Source: Chiloscyllium plagiosum
Taxonomy: Eukaryota
DNA length: 27,160 nucleotides
Direction: 5' to 3'
Assembly: GCF_004010195.1 (NCBI RefSeq)
Contig: NC_057750.1
Coordinates: 1,221,768-1,248,927 of the forward strand
The position numbers and the translations under genes are program-made. This document shows, in pieces, positions 10,362 through 20,478 of this stretch; the stretch's first letter is position 1, and every line of letters starts with the position of its first letter. A model generated the notes under the pieces. That model worked only from the letters and a program-made list of their open reading frames with translations. It was not told the DNA's origin and did not search any database.

Positions 10362-11730
10362 AGCTGTGGAGTGCCACAGGGATCAGTGCTGGAGCCACAA
10401 TTATTTACAATCTATGTTAGTGACACAGATGAGGAAATGAAGGTACTATCGCCACGTTTGAGGATGACACATCATGTAGATTGGAAAGCCAGTAATAAAG
10501 ATGATACAAAGAGTCTACAGAGTGATAGAGACAGATTAAGTAAGTGAGCAAAAACTTTGCACTTTGGCAGGAAGAACAGAGGAGCTGAATATTATTGAAA
10601 TAGAGGAGGACTGCAGAAAACTGCAGCACAAAGGGATTGGGGATACTCATGCATAAATCAAAAAAAAATCTAGCATCGAATTTGAGCAGGTAATGGGAAA
10701 GGCAAACGAAATGTGGGCCTTTGTTTCAAAAAGGAATGAATTGTTAAAATAGAGAGGTCTTTGTGAAACTATAGGTTAGAGGATTTGAGCTACAGGGAGA
10801 GGCTGAATAGGCTGGGGCTGTTTTCCCTGGAGCGTCGGAGGCTGAGGGATGACCTTATAGAGGTTTACAAAATTATGAGGGGGCATGGATAAGGGTACAT
10901 AGGCAAAGTCTTTTCCCTGGGGTCGGGGAGTCCAGAACTAGAGGGCATAGGTTTAGAGTGAGAGGGGAAAGATATAAAAGAGACCTAAGGGGCAACTTTT
11001 TCACACAGAGGGTGGTACGTGTATGGAATGAGCTGCTAGAGGAAGTGGTGGAGGCTGGTACAATTGCAAATTTTAAGAGGCATTTGAATGGGTATATGAA
11101 TAGGCAGGGTTTGGAGGGGTATGGGCCGGGTGCTGGCAGGTGGGACTAGATTGGATTGGGATATCTGGTCGGCATGGACGAGTTGGACCGAAGGGTCTGT
11201 TTCTGTGCTGTGCATCTCTATGACTATGACTGTATATAAAGCACTAGTTAGGCCACAGCTGGAATACTGTGAACAATTTTGGACTCCTTGTCCAAGGAAA
11301 GATATACTGGTGTTGGAGATAGTCCCGAGAGAGTTCACTTGGCTGAAAGCAAACATGGAGGGACTGTCTTATGAGGAAAGGTTGAGTAGGATGGGCCTGT
11401 ATTCAGTGGAGTTTAGAAGTATGAGAGGTGACCTTACTGAAAGATGTACTTGAAAGGCTAGGTGTAGAGAGGTTGTTTCCCGTTGTGGGAGAGTCTAGGA
11501 CCAGAGGGCATCATCTCAGAGTGAAGCATAACACATTTAAGACAGAGATGAGGGTGGATTTCTTCTCTCAGTGGGGGATGAATTTGTGGAAATCTCTACC
11601 GGAGATGAACTACTTAGGCTGAGTTATTAGGTATACTCATGGCTGAGAGAAATAGGTTTTTAATCAGGAAAGGAATCAGCGGTTATGGGGAAAAGACAGG
11701 ACAGTGGCGTTGAGGGTTATCAGATTAACC
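10362..11730 (+). mobile_element. Old CR1 LINE RT and C-terminus (part 2), with a nested younger CR1
   Basis: GVPQGSVLEPQLFTIYVSD. After the nested copy it resumes at YKALVRPQLEYCEQFW..EGLSYEERLSRMGLYS..FFSQ..MNLW.SLP. Confidence 0.88.
10774..11231 (+). mobile_element. Younger CR1/HER1-like 3' end nested in the older CR1
   Basis: RGERYKRDLRGNFFTQRVVRVWNEL; tail CTCTATGACTATGAC. It interrupts the host at KLY|KALVRP. Confidence 0.9.
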
Positions 11731-11955
11731 CTTCTGTCATTCAGTCTCTCCAGACTTTCAACCCACCTTCCCTTTGTCCTCATCCCACATACCTCGTTCC
11801 CAAAGATGTCATTCCTTCTTTAAGTTTCCCCAGTATTGATGAAAGGTCATTGTTCTGAAACATTCTGTCTGTTTCCCTCCACAAACACTGCCAGAAATTG
11901 CCAGCAATTTCTGTTATACTTTCAGATTCCCAACAGCAGCAGCATTCTGCTTTTC
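11730..11955 (+). mobile_element. Decayed PLE-derived terminal repeat with degenerate hammerhead (11836-11864)
   Basis: Pyrimidine-rich stretch, then TTGATGA-A-AGGTCATTGTTCT-GAAACATT, then TCCACA..CTGCCAGA..CAGCAATTTCTG, like 13187-13291. Confidence 0.6.
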
Positions 11956-12284
11956 CAAGAGAATCTGAAACCTTTCTACATCCCTGCCCTTTCACCTCTT
12001 CGTACATTGACTTTGGCTCTGAATGAGTTTTACTTCAAACAGGACAGTGTGCTGGATCCGGGATGGTTTTGGGGATGTGTCCTTTGTACAGAAAATAATC
12101 AATATTTGCATGGATCAACCAGTTAGAGCGGAGAACATTCATTCATACATGATCCAGGTCATCTTTAGTGTCTGTAAGTTATTCCTAGGATAATGTTCCA
12201 AATGTTCTCTCTCGCCTTTGTTTCTCTCCCTTGCCACCACTTCACACAATGAAAGCCTCCCTGAAGACTAAAGGGTTAGTTTTA

Positions 12285-12545
12285 GATGTAGTTTGCTCAC
12301 TGAGCTGGAAGGTTCATTTCCAGTCATTTCGTTACCCTACTAGGTAACATCTTCAGTGGGTCTCAGGTGAAGCAATGCTGAAAATTCCTGCTTTCTATTT
12401 GTGTGTTTGGGTTTCTTTGGGTTGATGATGTAATTTCCTGTGGTGAAGTCACTTCCTGTTCCTTTTCTCAGGGGGTGGCAGATGGGGTCTAACTCGATGT
12501 GTTTGTTGATAGAGTTCTGGTTGGAATGCCATGCTTCTAGAAATT
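12285..12545 (-). mobile_element. Penelope (Poseidon-like) ORF C-terminus and 3' repeat with hammerhead
   Basis: The minus strand encodes FLEAWHSNQNSINKHIELDPI, followed by a hammerhead motif at 12320-12359. Confidence 0.8.
12320..12359 (-). ncRNA. Type I minimal hammerhead motif, cleavage triplet mutated
   Basis: CCA-CUGAAGA-U-GUUACC-UAGUAG-GGUAAC-GAAA-UG-AC-UGG. Stem II is a perfect 6 bp and stem I is 3 bp, but the NUH reads GAC. Confidence 0.7.
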
Positions 12546-12774
12546 AGTGTTCAAGGGAGAAGTGAAACTTTCTTTTTAGGTGCAAATGCATTCACCAGAG
12601 ACTGGTCCCAGTTCATTTGGGTTCAGCTGAACTAAACCTTCAGGGAAGGTGGTGGTATCACAGTAATGGCACAAGGTTGCTATCCAGAACCACAGGCAAC
12701 CATTTTGACATTCACTGTGGCAGATGTGACATTTGAATCGAGTAACAACCTGGAATCATTAAACAAGGATCCTG

Positions 12775-13112
12775 AGGAACTTGTCCTTGGATGTTGAAAG
12801 CACTTCCTGTCTTGTGAAGGAATGTAGGGATCATGGTTTGGGAAGTCTGTTAGAAACAAAAGGAGGAACCATTTGTTTTTCTCAGAGAGTTGTGAGCCTT
12901 TGGAATTTTCTTCCACAAAAGACCACGGCTGCAGAACCTTTAAATGTTTTTAAGGCAGAGGGAGATGGATTCGTGATTACCCAGGGGATGAAAGATTATC
13001 GGGGATGTGCACGAATGTAGGGTTGAGGTTAAAATCAGATCAGCCACAATTTTATTGAATGGGGGAGCAGGCTGGAAGGGCTGAGTGGCCTCCTCTGTTT
13101 CTGATGTTTATA
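12775..13112 (+). mobile_element. CR1 3' fragment
   Basis: FSQRVVSLWNFLPQK...AEPLNVFKAE, then the 3' UTR GATCAGCCA..ATTGAATGG.GGAGCAGGC..AAGGGCTGA.TGGCCT. Confidence 0.85.
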
Positions 13113-13186
13113 TGCCAGACCAGTGAGCATTGTTGAATGTCTGGAAACCTATCTGGGTCACCAATGTGCTTCAGCAAAGGAGATCT

Positions 13187-13226
13187 GACTTCTGAGGAAG
13201 GGTCACTCGACCCGAAACGTTAACTC
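13187..13226 (+). ncRNA. Type I minimal hammerhead ribozyme motif, core intact
   Basis: GACUU-CUGAGGA-A-GGGUC-ACUC-GACCC-GAAA-CG-UU-AACUC. Stem II is 5 bp, stem I is 4/5 pairs and stem III is the palindrome ACGU. Predicted cut after 13221. Confidence 0.75.
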
Positions 13227-13291
13227 TGATTTCTCTCCACAGAGGCTGCCAGACCTGCTGAGCTTTTTCGGTAATTTCTGTTTTTATTTGT
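13187..13291 (+). mobile_element. 105-bp PLE-derived insert with hammerhead and imperfect 11-bp TSD
   Basis: Flanked by AAAGGAGATCT (13176-13186) and AAAGGAAATCT (13292-13302), 10/11 identical. Confidence 0.75.
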
Positions 13292-13320
13292 AAAGGAAAT
13301 CTTCCATCCTTACTTGGTCT

Positions 13321-13447
13321 TCTTGATAAAGGGCTTATGCCCGAAATGTAGATTTTCCTGCTCCTTGGATGCTGCCTGACCTGCTGTGCTTTTCCAGCAA
13401 CATACTCTCAACTCTGATCTCCAGCATCTGCAGTCCTCACTTTCTCC
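13321..13447 (+). mobile_element. 127-bp PLE-derived insert with degenerate hammerhead and 6-bp TSD
   Basis: TGGTCT at 13315-13320 and 13448-13453. TTGATAA-A-GGGC-TTAT-GCCC-GAAATGTA. Confidence 0.78.
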
Positions 13448-13524
13448 TGGTCTGGCCTATGTGTGACTCCAGACCCACCAAAATGCAGTTGACTCTTAAC
13501 TCCTAAATGCTCTCTGACTAATTG

Positions 13525-14525
13525 GAGTCATAGAGTCATAGAGACATGATTTCCCACGCACAAAGCCATGTTGACTATCCCAAATCAGTCCTTGCCTTTC
13601 CAAATACATGTACATCCTGTCCCTCAGGATTCCCTCCAACAACTTGCCCACCACCGACGTCAGGCTCACTGGTTTATAGTTCCCTGGCTTGTCTTTACCA
13701 CCCTTCTTAAACAGTGGCACCACGTTTGCCAACCTCCAGTCTTCTGGCACCTCACCTGTGACTATCAATGATCTCAGCAAATATCTCAGCAAGAGGCCCA
13801 GCAATCATTTCTATAGTTTCCCACAGAGTTCTCGGATACACCTGATCAGGTCCTGGGGATTTATCCACTTTTAACCGTTTCAAGACACCCAGCGGTGGTG
13901 GAGGGTTGCTTTACAGACTGGAGGCCTGTGACCAGTGGAGTGCCACAAGGATCAGTGCTGGGCACTCTACTTTTTGTCCTCCTCTGTAATCTGGACATTT
14001 TTCAAGATGTCACCATCTATTTCCCTACAGTCTATATCTTCTATATCCTTTTCCACAATAAATACTGATTCAAAATATTCATTTAGTATCTCCCCCATTT
14101 TCTGTGGCTCCACACAAAGACTGCCTTGCTGATCTTTGAGGGGCCCTATTCTCTCCCTAGTTACCCTTTTGTCCTTAATGTATTTGTAAAAACCATTTGG
14201 ATTCTCCTTAATTCTATTTGCCAATGTTATCTCATGTCCCCGTTTTGCACTCCTGCTTACCCTCTTAAGTATACTCCTACTTTCTTTATACTCTTCTAAG
14301 GATTCCCTCGATCTATCCTGTCTATACCTGATATATGCTTCCTTCTTTTTCTTAACCAAACCCTCAATTTCTTTAGTCATCCAGCATTCCCTATACCTAC
14401 CAGCCTTCCCTTTCACCCTGACAGGAATATACTTTCTCTGGATTCTTGTTATCTCATTTATGAAGGCTTCCCATTTTCCAGCCGTCCCTTTACCTGCGAA
14501 CAACTGCCTCCAATCAACTTTCAAA
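13525..14525 (-). mobile_element. Rearranged CR1 ORF2 fragment (linker and RT N-terminus, fused tail, internal inverted piece)
   Basis: Minus strand: KENPNGFYKYIKDKR..EILNEYFESVF and TGEVPEDWRLANVVPLFKKG..NYKPVSLTSVVGKLLE..QHGFVRGKSC. 13892-13978 is plus-strand DWRPVTSGVPQGSVLG. Confidence 0.9.
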
Positions 14526-14527
14526 AG

Positions 14528-14723
14528 TTAGATTCCTGACAGCCTTTTGGCCCAACAAGTCCACACCTACCCTCCGAAGAGTAACCCACTCAGACCCATT
14601 TCCCTCTGACGAATGTACCTAACACTTTGGACAATTTAGCATGGCCAATCCACCTAACCTGCAAATTTTTAGACTGTGGGAGGAAACCGGAGCACCCAGA
14701 GGAATCCCACGCAGACACGGGGA
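14528..14723 (-). mobile_element. HE1-like V-SINE, 5'-truncated
   Basis: Complement of CCCCGTGTCTGCGTGGGATTCCTCTGGGTGCTCCGGTTTCCTCCCACAGTC..GCAGGTTAGGTGGATTGGCCATGCTAAATTG, plus the CR1-like tail. Confidence 0.88.
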
Positions 14724-14935
14724 AAAGGAGATAGGCAGGTAGGACAAGTCCGGACAAGTCATGGGGACAGTGCTGAGCTGGAAGTTTGGAATTAGGGTGA
14801 GGTGGGGGAAGGGGAAATGAGGAAACTGTTGAAGTCCACATTGATGCCCTGGTGTTGAAGTGTTCCGAGGCGGAAGATGAGGCGTTCTTCCTCCAGGCGT
14901 GAGGAAGCGGTGAGGGAGGCCCAGGACCTCCATGT
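14724..14935 (-). mobile_element. Penelope-like GIY-YIG C-terminal fragment
   Basis: MEVLGL.H followed by RLEEERLIFRLGTLQHQGINVDFNSFLIS. Confidence 0.8.
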
Positions 14936-15029
14936 TAGCCCAGCCAGTGATGGCCACAATCCTTGAAAAACATTTTAAAAAGTTAAAGTTGGCCCCTAAT
15001 ATCAATAAAGTTGTTATAGATCTGTGGGG

Positions 15030-15170
15030 TTTTGACCTGAGGGTCAGCACACCTCAAGTGAGGTTACAGGTTGGGATGGAGAGTCCTTCTTGTAATCTCA
15101 GATAGTGCAGAGGTTGAACCCACACTGTTGGCATCACTACGCATCATTAACCAGCCATCCTAGCTAACCA
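15030..15170 (-). mobile_element. tRNA-derived SINE (family B)
   Basis: Reverse-complement similarity to 1216-1362 (GATGCCAACA.TGTGGGTTCAA; GACCCTCAGGT.AAA). Confidence 0.7.
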
Positions 15171-15171
15171 A

Positions 15172-15448
15172 GGTGAGATGTCTAAAACTAGGGGGCATGC
15201 ATTTAAGGTGAAAGGGGGTAAGATCAAAGGAGATAAGAAAAACAACTTTCCTACACAGAGAGAGGTAGCAGTCTGGAACAGGGATGGTGGTGGAGGCAGA
15301 CACGACAGGGACATTTAAGAGACCTTCACATAAGTTCATGAATATGCAAGAAATGGAGGGATAAGGACCAAGGGCAGGCAGAAGGGATTTGTTTAATTTG
15401 GCGCCAGGTTCAGCACAACATTGTGGGTTGAAGGGCCTGTTCCTGTAT
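15172..15448 (+). mobile_element. CR1 3' fragment
   Basis: SKTRGHAFKVKG..F.TQR.V.VWN, then a 3' UTR ending GAAGGGCCTGTTCCTG. Confidence 0.8.
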
Positions 15449-15459
15449 CATAGGTAGTG

Positions 15460-15750
15460 CCATAGAGACATACAGCAATGAGACAGACTATTCAGTCTAA
15501 CTCCTCCACGCTGACCAGATATCCTAAATTAAGTGAGTCCCATTTGCCAGCATTTGGCCCATATCCTCTAAACCCTCCTATTCATATACGCATCCAGATG
15601 TCTTTTAAATCCTGTAATTGTACAGCCTCCACCACTTCCTCTGGCAGCTCAAATACACACCACCCTCTACGTGAAAAAGTTGCCTTTTAAATCTTTCCCC
15701 TCTCACCTTAAACCTATGTTCCTCTAGTTCTGGACTCTCCCACCCACAGG
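15460..15750 (-). mobile_element. CR1/HER1-like 3' end, tail-to-tail with the previous copy
   Basis: CATAGAGACATACAGC tail; complement of the 6740-7030 sequence type. Confidence 0.88.
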
Positions 15751-16435
15751 GAATCTGCAGCAGAGGTCTATGTTCCAACCAACCCCTGTCTGAGTTCACG
15801 AGTGACCCCATGCAATCCCTGAGATGGAGCCTGTTCCTTTGGGTGACTGACACAGTGCAGTGGAGGCAGTTACCAACACAGCTCTCACTGTAAATGCAAA
15901 TGCAGCAAAAATAATCAGATTCCCGAGCCTGGAAGGATTGGCTTACTCCTTGTTTCTGCTACTGCTATTTCACGGTAGATTTGACAAGTGCAGTGGCTAA
16001 ATGTGAATGTATCGATGGCTTTCTGAAGTAAAAGAAGATTAACTATTTGAAAGGCACAAAGCAGAGATGCAGAGAATGGATCGGAGCCAGATACAAAGTG
16101 GCCATTATTCAGGGTAAGCTGGAGTTTCTATCTCTCCTGTGGCCTGTGCGTAGAGACTTGGAATCTCAGCATTATACAACTTCAACCTGATTATAGAGAG
16201 AAAGCACAGAGTGCAGCAATTAATCTTTCAAGGACTGCGGAAACAAATCTGCGGCAGAATTTAAAGAGTAAATTTCACAAAATTACAGTTATTACCATCA
16301 ATAATAAATGCTGCTTCTTTAGTACTTATATTTGCTGCCCTTATAATGTAACATAGTGTGCAAGTTTCAATAAATAAAATTAAACAGCGGCTCTCTTGCC
16401 TAGTGAATATTAACAAGTTATAATAAAGTTCCAAA

Positions 16436-16640
16436 GTGGCCACTATTTTCTCCCTTGCCCCCATTCACTGAAGAAACAGATTATCTGATCCTCTTGGCTC
16501 TTTGTGAGACCTTGTTCTACACAGATCAGTTGCTAACTTCATTTGATTATAACGATGACCACCCTTCAGAAAATAATCTCACTGGCTGTAAAGCACTTTG
16601 GAAGTTCCCGAGGTTGTGAAAGACACACAAGCTGCTTTCT
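16436..16640 (+). mobile_element. DeuSINE-like (SacSINE1/AmnSINE1-type) 3' portion
   Basis: AAACAGATTATCTG..TTTGTGAGACCTTG..CTGGCTGTAAAGCACTTTGG..CCCGAGGTTGTGAAAG resembles the recalled Deu domain and L2-type tail. Confidence 0.6.
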
Positions 16641-17171
16641 TTGTCACCGCTTATCCCGGAATTTTCAATCACAGGTTTTGCAAGACTTGGGAATTTTCGC
16701 TGACCTGCTCCCATCCTACCCAATGTTATTCCACTGGGGTTTGGCCAATAACTCAGAATCCCCCATGTCAGGTTTTAAGGGGTGTCACTCTGCTAACTTG
16801 CAGTCAACACTCATACATTTATCTTTACGGACAGGAAGCTACAATTCAGTCAGAAATTGTTCACCTGCCGTCCCAAAGAGTAATGTGAAGCATTAGTTTT
16901 GGTGACAGTGTGATGCCAGGTCTCTAGGTTAAATATATCAATTATTAGAAGACTGTATCAAAAAACACTTACATTGTCCAAATTGGGCACTTTGCTGATT
17001 GTGCAGTGCCCTGCAATCCTCAGAACACCTTATGCAATTTGATCAAATTCCACTTCCGGACAACACGTACCAAATAACCTTGACTATGTTAATAATTACA
17101 CCAGAAACCAATTTAAGATTAGCAGTCAGGTTAGCATGTGCTATAAGCTTTACGTAAACACATTTTTCCCT

Positions 17172-17690
17172 TTTTATTCATTTCAGGCATAGGCCAGTAT
17201 TTTTGCCCATCCCTAATTGCCTAGAAGGCAGGTAAGGGTCATTGCTGGGGGATTGGAGTCACTGTAGTGTCTGTAATGACATCATTCAGGTGGACATCAT
17301 AGAATCTGAGTTCCCTGGTTGGAGGTGTTAACCTGGTCCGATCATGGAGCCCTGGCTGACAGATTTAAACAGGAGTGTCAGAGGTTCTGTTCACTCTGAG
17401 AGCTGGCTCTGAGGGAGCTGGGTCAGGTTTAGGGACTCTCCCCATGTAGATAACAGGGGACCTGGTGATGGGACACTGGCCTCTGCGGAGTTATTTCAGT
17501 CACATGCAGGCTAGGCCAGGTCAGAACAGCAGATTTCCTTCACTAAATGACATTTGTGAATCAGACAAACTTTTCCTGATGACTTTTCATGGTCATCATT
17601 AGATTCTTAATTCCAGAAATTAATTGCTATGGCAGGATTTGAACCCAGAACCTGGGTCTCTAACGATAATACTACTAGGACATTGTCTCC
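17172..17690 (-). mobile_element. Family-A SINE split by a solo LTR
   Basis: Complement of 24622-24955 (TTGCCCATCCCTAATTGCC; CATGGTCATCATTAGATTCTTAATTCCAGA; GGATTTGAACCC). Confidence 0.85.
17263..17498 (+). mobile_element. 236-bp solo LTR with 5-bp TSD
   Basis: TGT...TCA termini. GTCAC is duplicated at 17258-17262 and 17499-17503; removing the insert restores the SINE motif GGAGTCACATG. Confidence 0.8.
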
Positions 17691-17762
17691 CTCTGACAGG
17701 AGCTGGTTCTTTGATGGAAAAAGAAATTTGAGCAGGCCTTGTGCCTTTTTTACTGACGAAAA

Positions 17763-18030
17763 TTTCATGGAAACTGCCAATCCTTGATGTGTTTCCCATG
17801 GCAACAGCCTGACCAATCAGAGCCTGCCTGCCTGGTCTGAGTATAATTATCTACTTAAGATTGATTAGCCAACTGCCATTACAGCATCACCAATCCAAAC
17901 ATGGCCCAACCAATCAGCACCTTCTTCTCATCCTGTAGAAATTGCTGCTTGCTTTCTGAGTTTGGTTTTCTTGCATCCCTGTCCTGATAAGTCAAAATAA
18001 AAAACTTTGACGTTGTGTCTTTTCTTAGCA
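17763..18030 (+). promoter_or_regulatory. RFX X-box-like site with four CCAAT boxes, probably inside a decayed PLE-type repeat
   Basis: GTTTCCCATGGCAAC at 17791-17805; CCAAT at 17777, 17813, 17890 and 17910; hammerhead-like remnant GTC-CTGATAA...GAC at 17981-18011. Confidence 0.4.
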
Positions 18031-18539
18031 ATGCGTAAAGCAATGCTTCCTTAATAATATTTGGTACAATGTCCAATGCCATTTTGGTGAGTCTGATGAA
18101 ATATAGAATCATAGAATCATACAGTATGGAGACAGACCCTTTGGCCCAACTAATCCATGCCGACCATGATCCCAAACTAAACTAGTCTCACCTGCCTGCA
18201 TTTGGCCCATATCTCCGCAAACATTTTTTTCATCCAAATGTCATTGAAACATTGTAACTATACCTGCATCCATCAATTCCTCTGGGAGTTCATTCCACAT
18301 GCTCAACACTCTCTGTGTAAAAAGGTTACCCCTCATACCTTTTTAAAAATCTTTCTCCTCTCACCTTAAAAATATCCCCCTGAGTCTTGAAATTCTCCAC
18401 CCTAGGGAAAAGACAGCTGCCATGCACCTTATCTGTAGTCCTCATGATTTTATAAACCTCTGGAAGGTGACCACTTAACCTCCTAGGCTCCAGTGGAAAT
18501 AAATCCCAATCTATCCAACATTTCCTTATAGCTCAAACC

Positions 18540-18802
18540 ACCCTCCCCCCTGACCTATCACCTCCATCCCCTCCCCCACTCACCTATTGTACTCTATGCT
18601 ACTTTCTCCCCACCCCCACCCTCCTCTCATTTATCTCTCCACCCTTCAGGCTCTCTGCCTGTATTCCTGATGAAGGGCTTTTGCCCGAAACGTCGATTTT
18701 CCTGTTCCTCGGATGCTGCCTGAACTGCTGTGCTTTTCCAGCACCACTCTGATCCAGAATCTGGTTTCCAGCATCTGCAGTCATTGTTTTTACCTCGTTG
18801 AT
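18540..18802 (+). mobile_element. 263-bp PLE-derived insert with intact hammerhead core and 7-bp TSD
   Basis: TCAAACC at 18533-18539 and 18803-18809. C-rich leader, hammerhead, then the tail shared with 761-848 and 13321-13447. Confidence 0.85.
18662..18698 (+). ncRNA. Type I minimal hammerhead ribozyme motif, core intact
   Basis: AUUC-CUGAUGA-A-GGGC-UUUU-GCCC-GAAA-CG-UC-GAUU. GUC triplet, predicted cut after 18694. Stem I is weak (one U-U mismatch). Confidence 0.78.
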
Positions 18803-19851
18803 TCAAACCTTCCATTCCTGACAACATCTTGATGAATCTTTTCTGAATCCTCTCCATCTTAATAATAACAGGGTGACCAGAACTGCACACGGTTCTCCAG
18901 AAGAGGCCTCACCAACGTCCTGCACAACCTCAACATGACACCCCAATTCCAATACTCAGAGGTCTGAGCAACGAAGACTGGCGTTCTATATATCTTCTCA
19001 AACACCCTGTCCACATGGGATGTGAATTTCAAAGAGTTATGTACTTGAACCCTGGGTCTCCCTGTTGTACAAGTTTAATTGGAAAAGTTTCTTGAGTTTG
19101 AAGGTAATGAGTCCATGTGTACCGAATCCTTTTGTAATAATGGGAATTACAGTGACTTGAGTCAGCAATGAATTAATTGTACTGGAAGCGACGCTGTTAT
19201 TAAACATCTAAATCCTATTATTTCTTGCAAATAAATATCAGCTTTTTAATGGATTTAAGTATTGAGAAACCATCAGAGCATTTGATGAATTTAATAATCA
19301 TGCAACCTTGAATATTCTCAAATGTAACCTTCTTGAATTTTATTTAACATTTTGTGTCAAGTCCTGAGGGGGCTGTCATCTAACTTCAAAGGGAGAGGAC
19401 ATGGTTTGATATTAAAGATGAGGATTATAAATAATACAGCATCACTGCTAGTTTTCTGCAAGTCTGCTACATGTGATGACTGATGATCAAATCCACGGAT
19501 CAGACCCAGGATTGGATTTATAGCCCCAAGCTATGGAGAGGTGGATCAGTGAGCCAGAGACACCTCATGAGAAGGGAGAATTTCCTTTACATTTGAGTAA
19601 TTTTACTAAAGACCGAAAGTTCATGTTCTAATTGCCCAAAAGGGCCTCAGATAGAGTGTCATTGACCCTCAAAGCAGCTGTGTGCAGAACTGCCAAGGGT
19701 CAAAGGGTGGAAATGATTCTCAAACACACTTCTTGGATCAGCATAAATCTACAATATGTAATATACCATGAGGATCTTGTAGTGTAAGGGGTTAGGTCTC
19801 AATCATTGACTCTCTCCCACTCTCAGGAGAAGTACAGGCTGATACCACTAC

Positions 19852-20062
19852 TGCAGGTTCTGTTACCCTCGGGGCAGGTGGTAGTCACATGAAGGGGTGG
19901 GTGGGGCATTGGTTTGGTAGCGCACTCCTTTCACTGTTTTCACCTGACTTCTATTTTTTCCCCAATGGCAAGTCTCAAAGTGCTTGGCACCTTCCCGAGT
20001 GCTCCTCCTCCACTCAAGACAACCTTGGGCCAGTGATTCCCAGGTGTCTAGGAATGCCACAC
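19852..20062 (-). mobile_element. RTE-clade LINE C-terminal fragment
   Basis: DTWESLAQGCLEWRRSTREGAKHFE matches the RTE C-terminal W...A.DR..WR..I..G...E motif, followed by a basic stretch and a decayed zinc-finger start. Confidence 0.75.
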
Positions 20063-20214
20063 GGTAGGTGAGCCCCAGGTGGACAGAGGAAACACGCCAG
20101 GGCCTCATTGGGAAAGTATAATATTCCCACAGTCACCTGGGAATCACTAAGTCTCAATATGTGGCATGTGTAAGGACTCTGGAGTTTAACGCAGATAGTG
20201 GTTTGGAAACGTTT

Positions 20215-20478
20215 TAAAATTCATTCATGGGATGTCGGTGTCATTGGCTGTCATTTAATGCCCATTCCTAATTGCCCACAGGTCATTTAAGAGTCAATCC
20301 ATTGCTGTGGGTCTGGAGTCATGCAGAGACAAGACTGAGTAAGGGAATCAGATGTGTCTTATCCTGCAGAATTGACAAGATTTCATGGTCATCATTCCAG
20401 TCTTAATTCCAGTTATTTTTCCTAAATCCAAATTCCAACATCTACCATGGCGAGATTTGAGCACAGCTCCCCAGAATG
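20215..20478 (-). mobile_element. Family-A SINE, decayed
   Basis: TTCATTCATGGGATGT..CCTAATTGCCC..TTAAGAGTCAA.CCATTGCTGTGGGTCTGGAGTCA. Confidence 0.85.

Larger units (their letters stand above)
12647..13525 (+). mobile_element. Old family-A SINE carrying three nested insertions
   Basis: Pieces at 12647-12774, 13115-13186, 13292-13320 and 13448-13525 are collinear with 24622-24955 (TGGCAGATG..ATTTGAAT; ATCTGGGTCAC; CCATCCTTAC; GGCCTATGTGTGACTCCAGACCCAC..GTTGACTCTTAACT). Confidence 0.7.
18102..19072 (-). mobile_element. CR1/HER1-like LINE 3' ~700 bp, interrupted by a PLE insert
   Basis: (ATAGAATC)n tail; minus-strand IIKMERIQKRFIKMLSGMEGL and a decayed LVRPLLENRVQFWSP. Confidence 0.9.

Noticed and set aside
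15995..16031. EGF-like KCECIDGF peptide
   Set aside because: An immediate stop follows, with no other EGF cysteines or donor site.
19473..19560. C/D box snoRNA (GTGATGA)
   Set aside because: No suitably placed D box (CTGA) or terminal stem.
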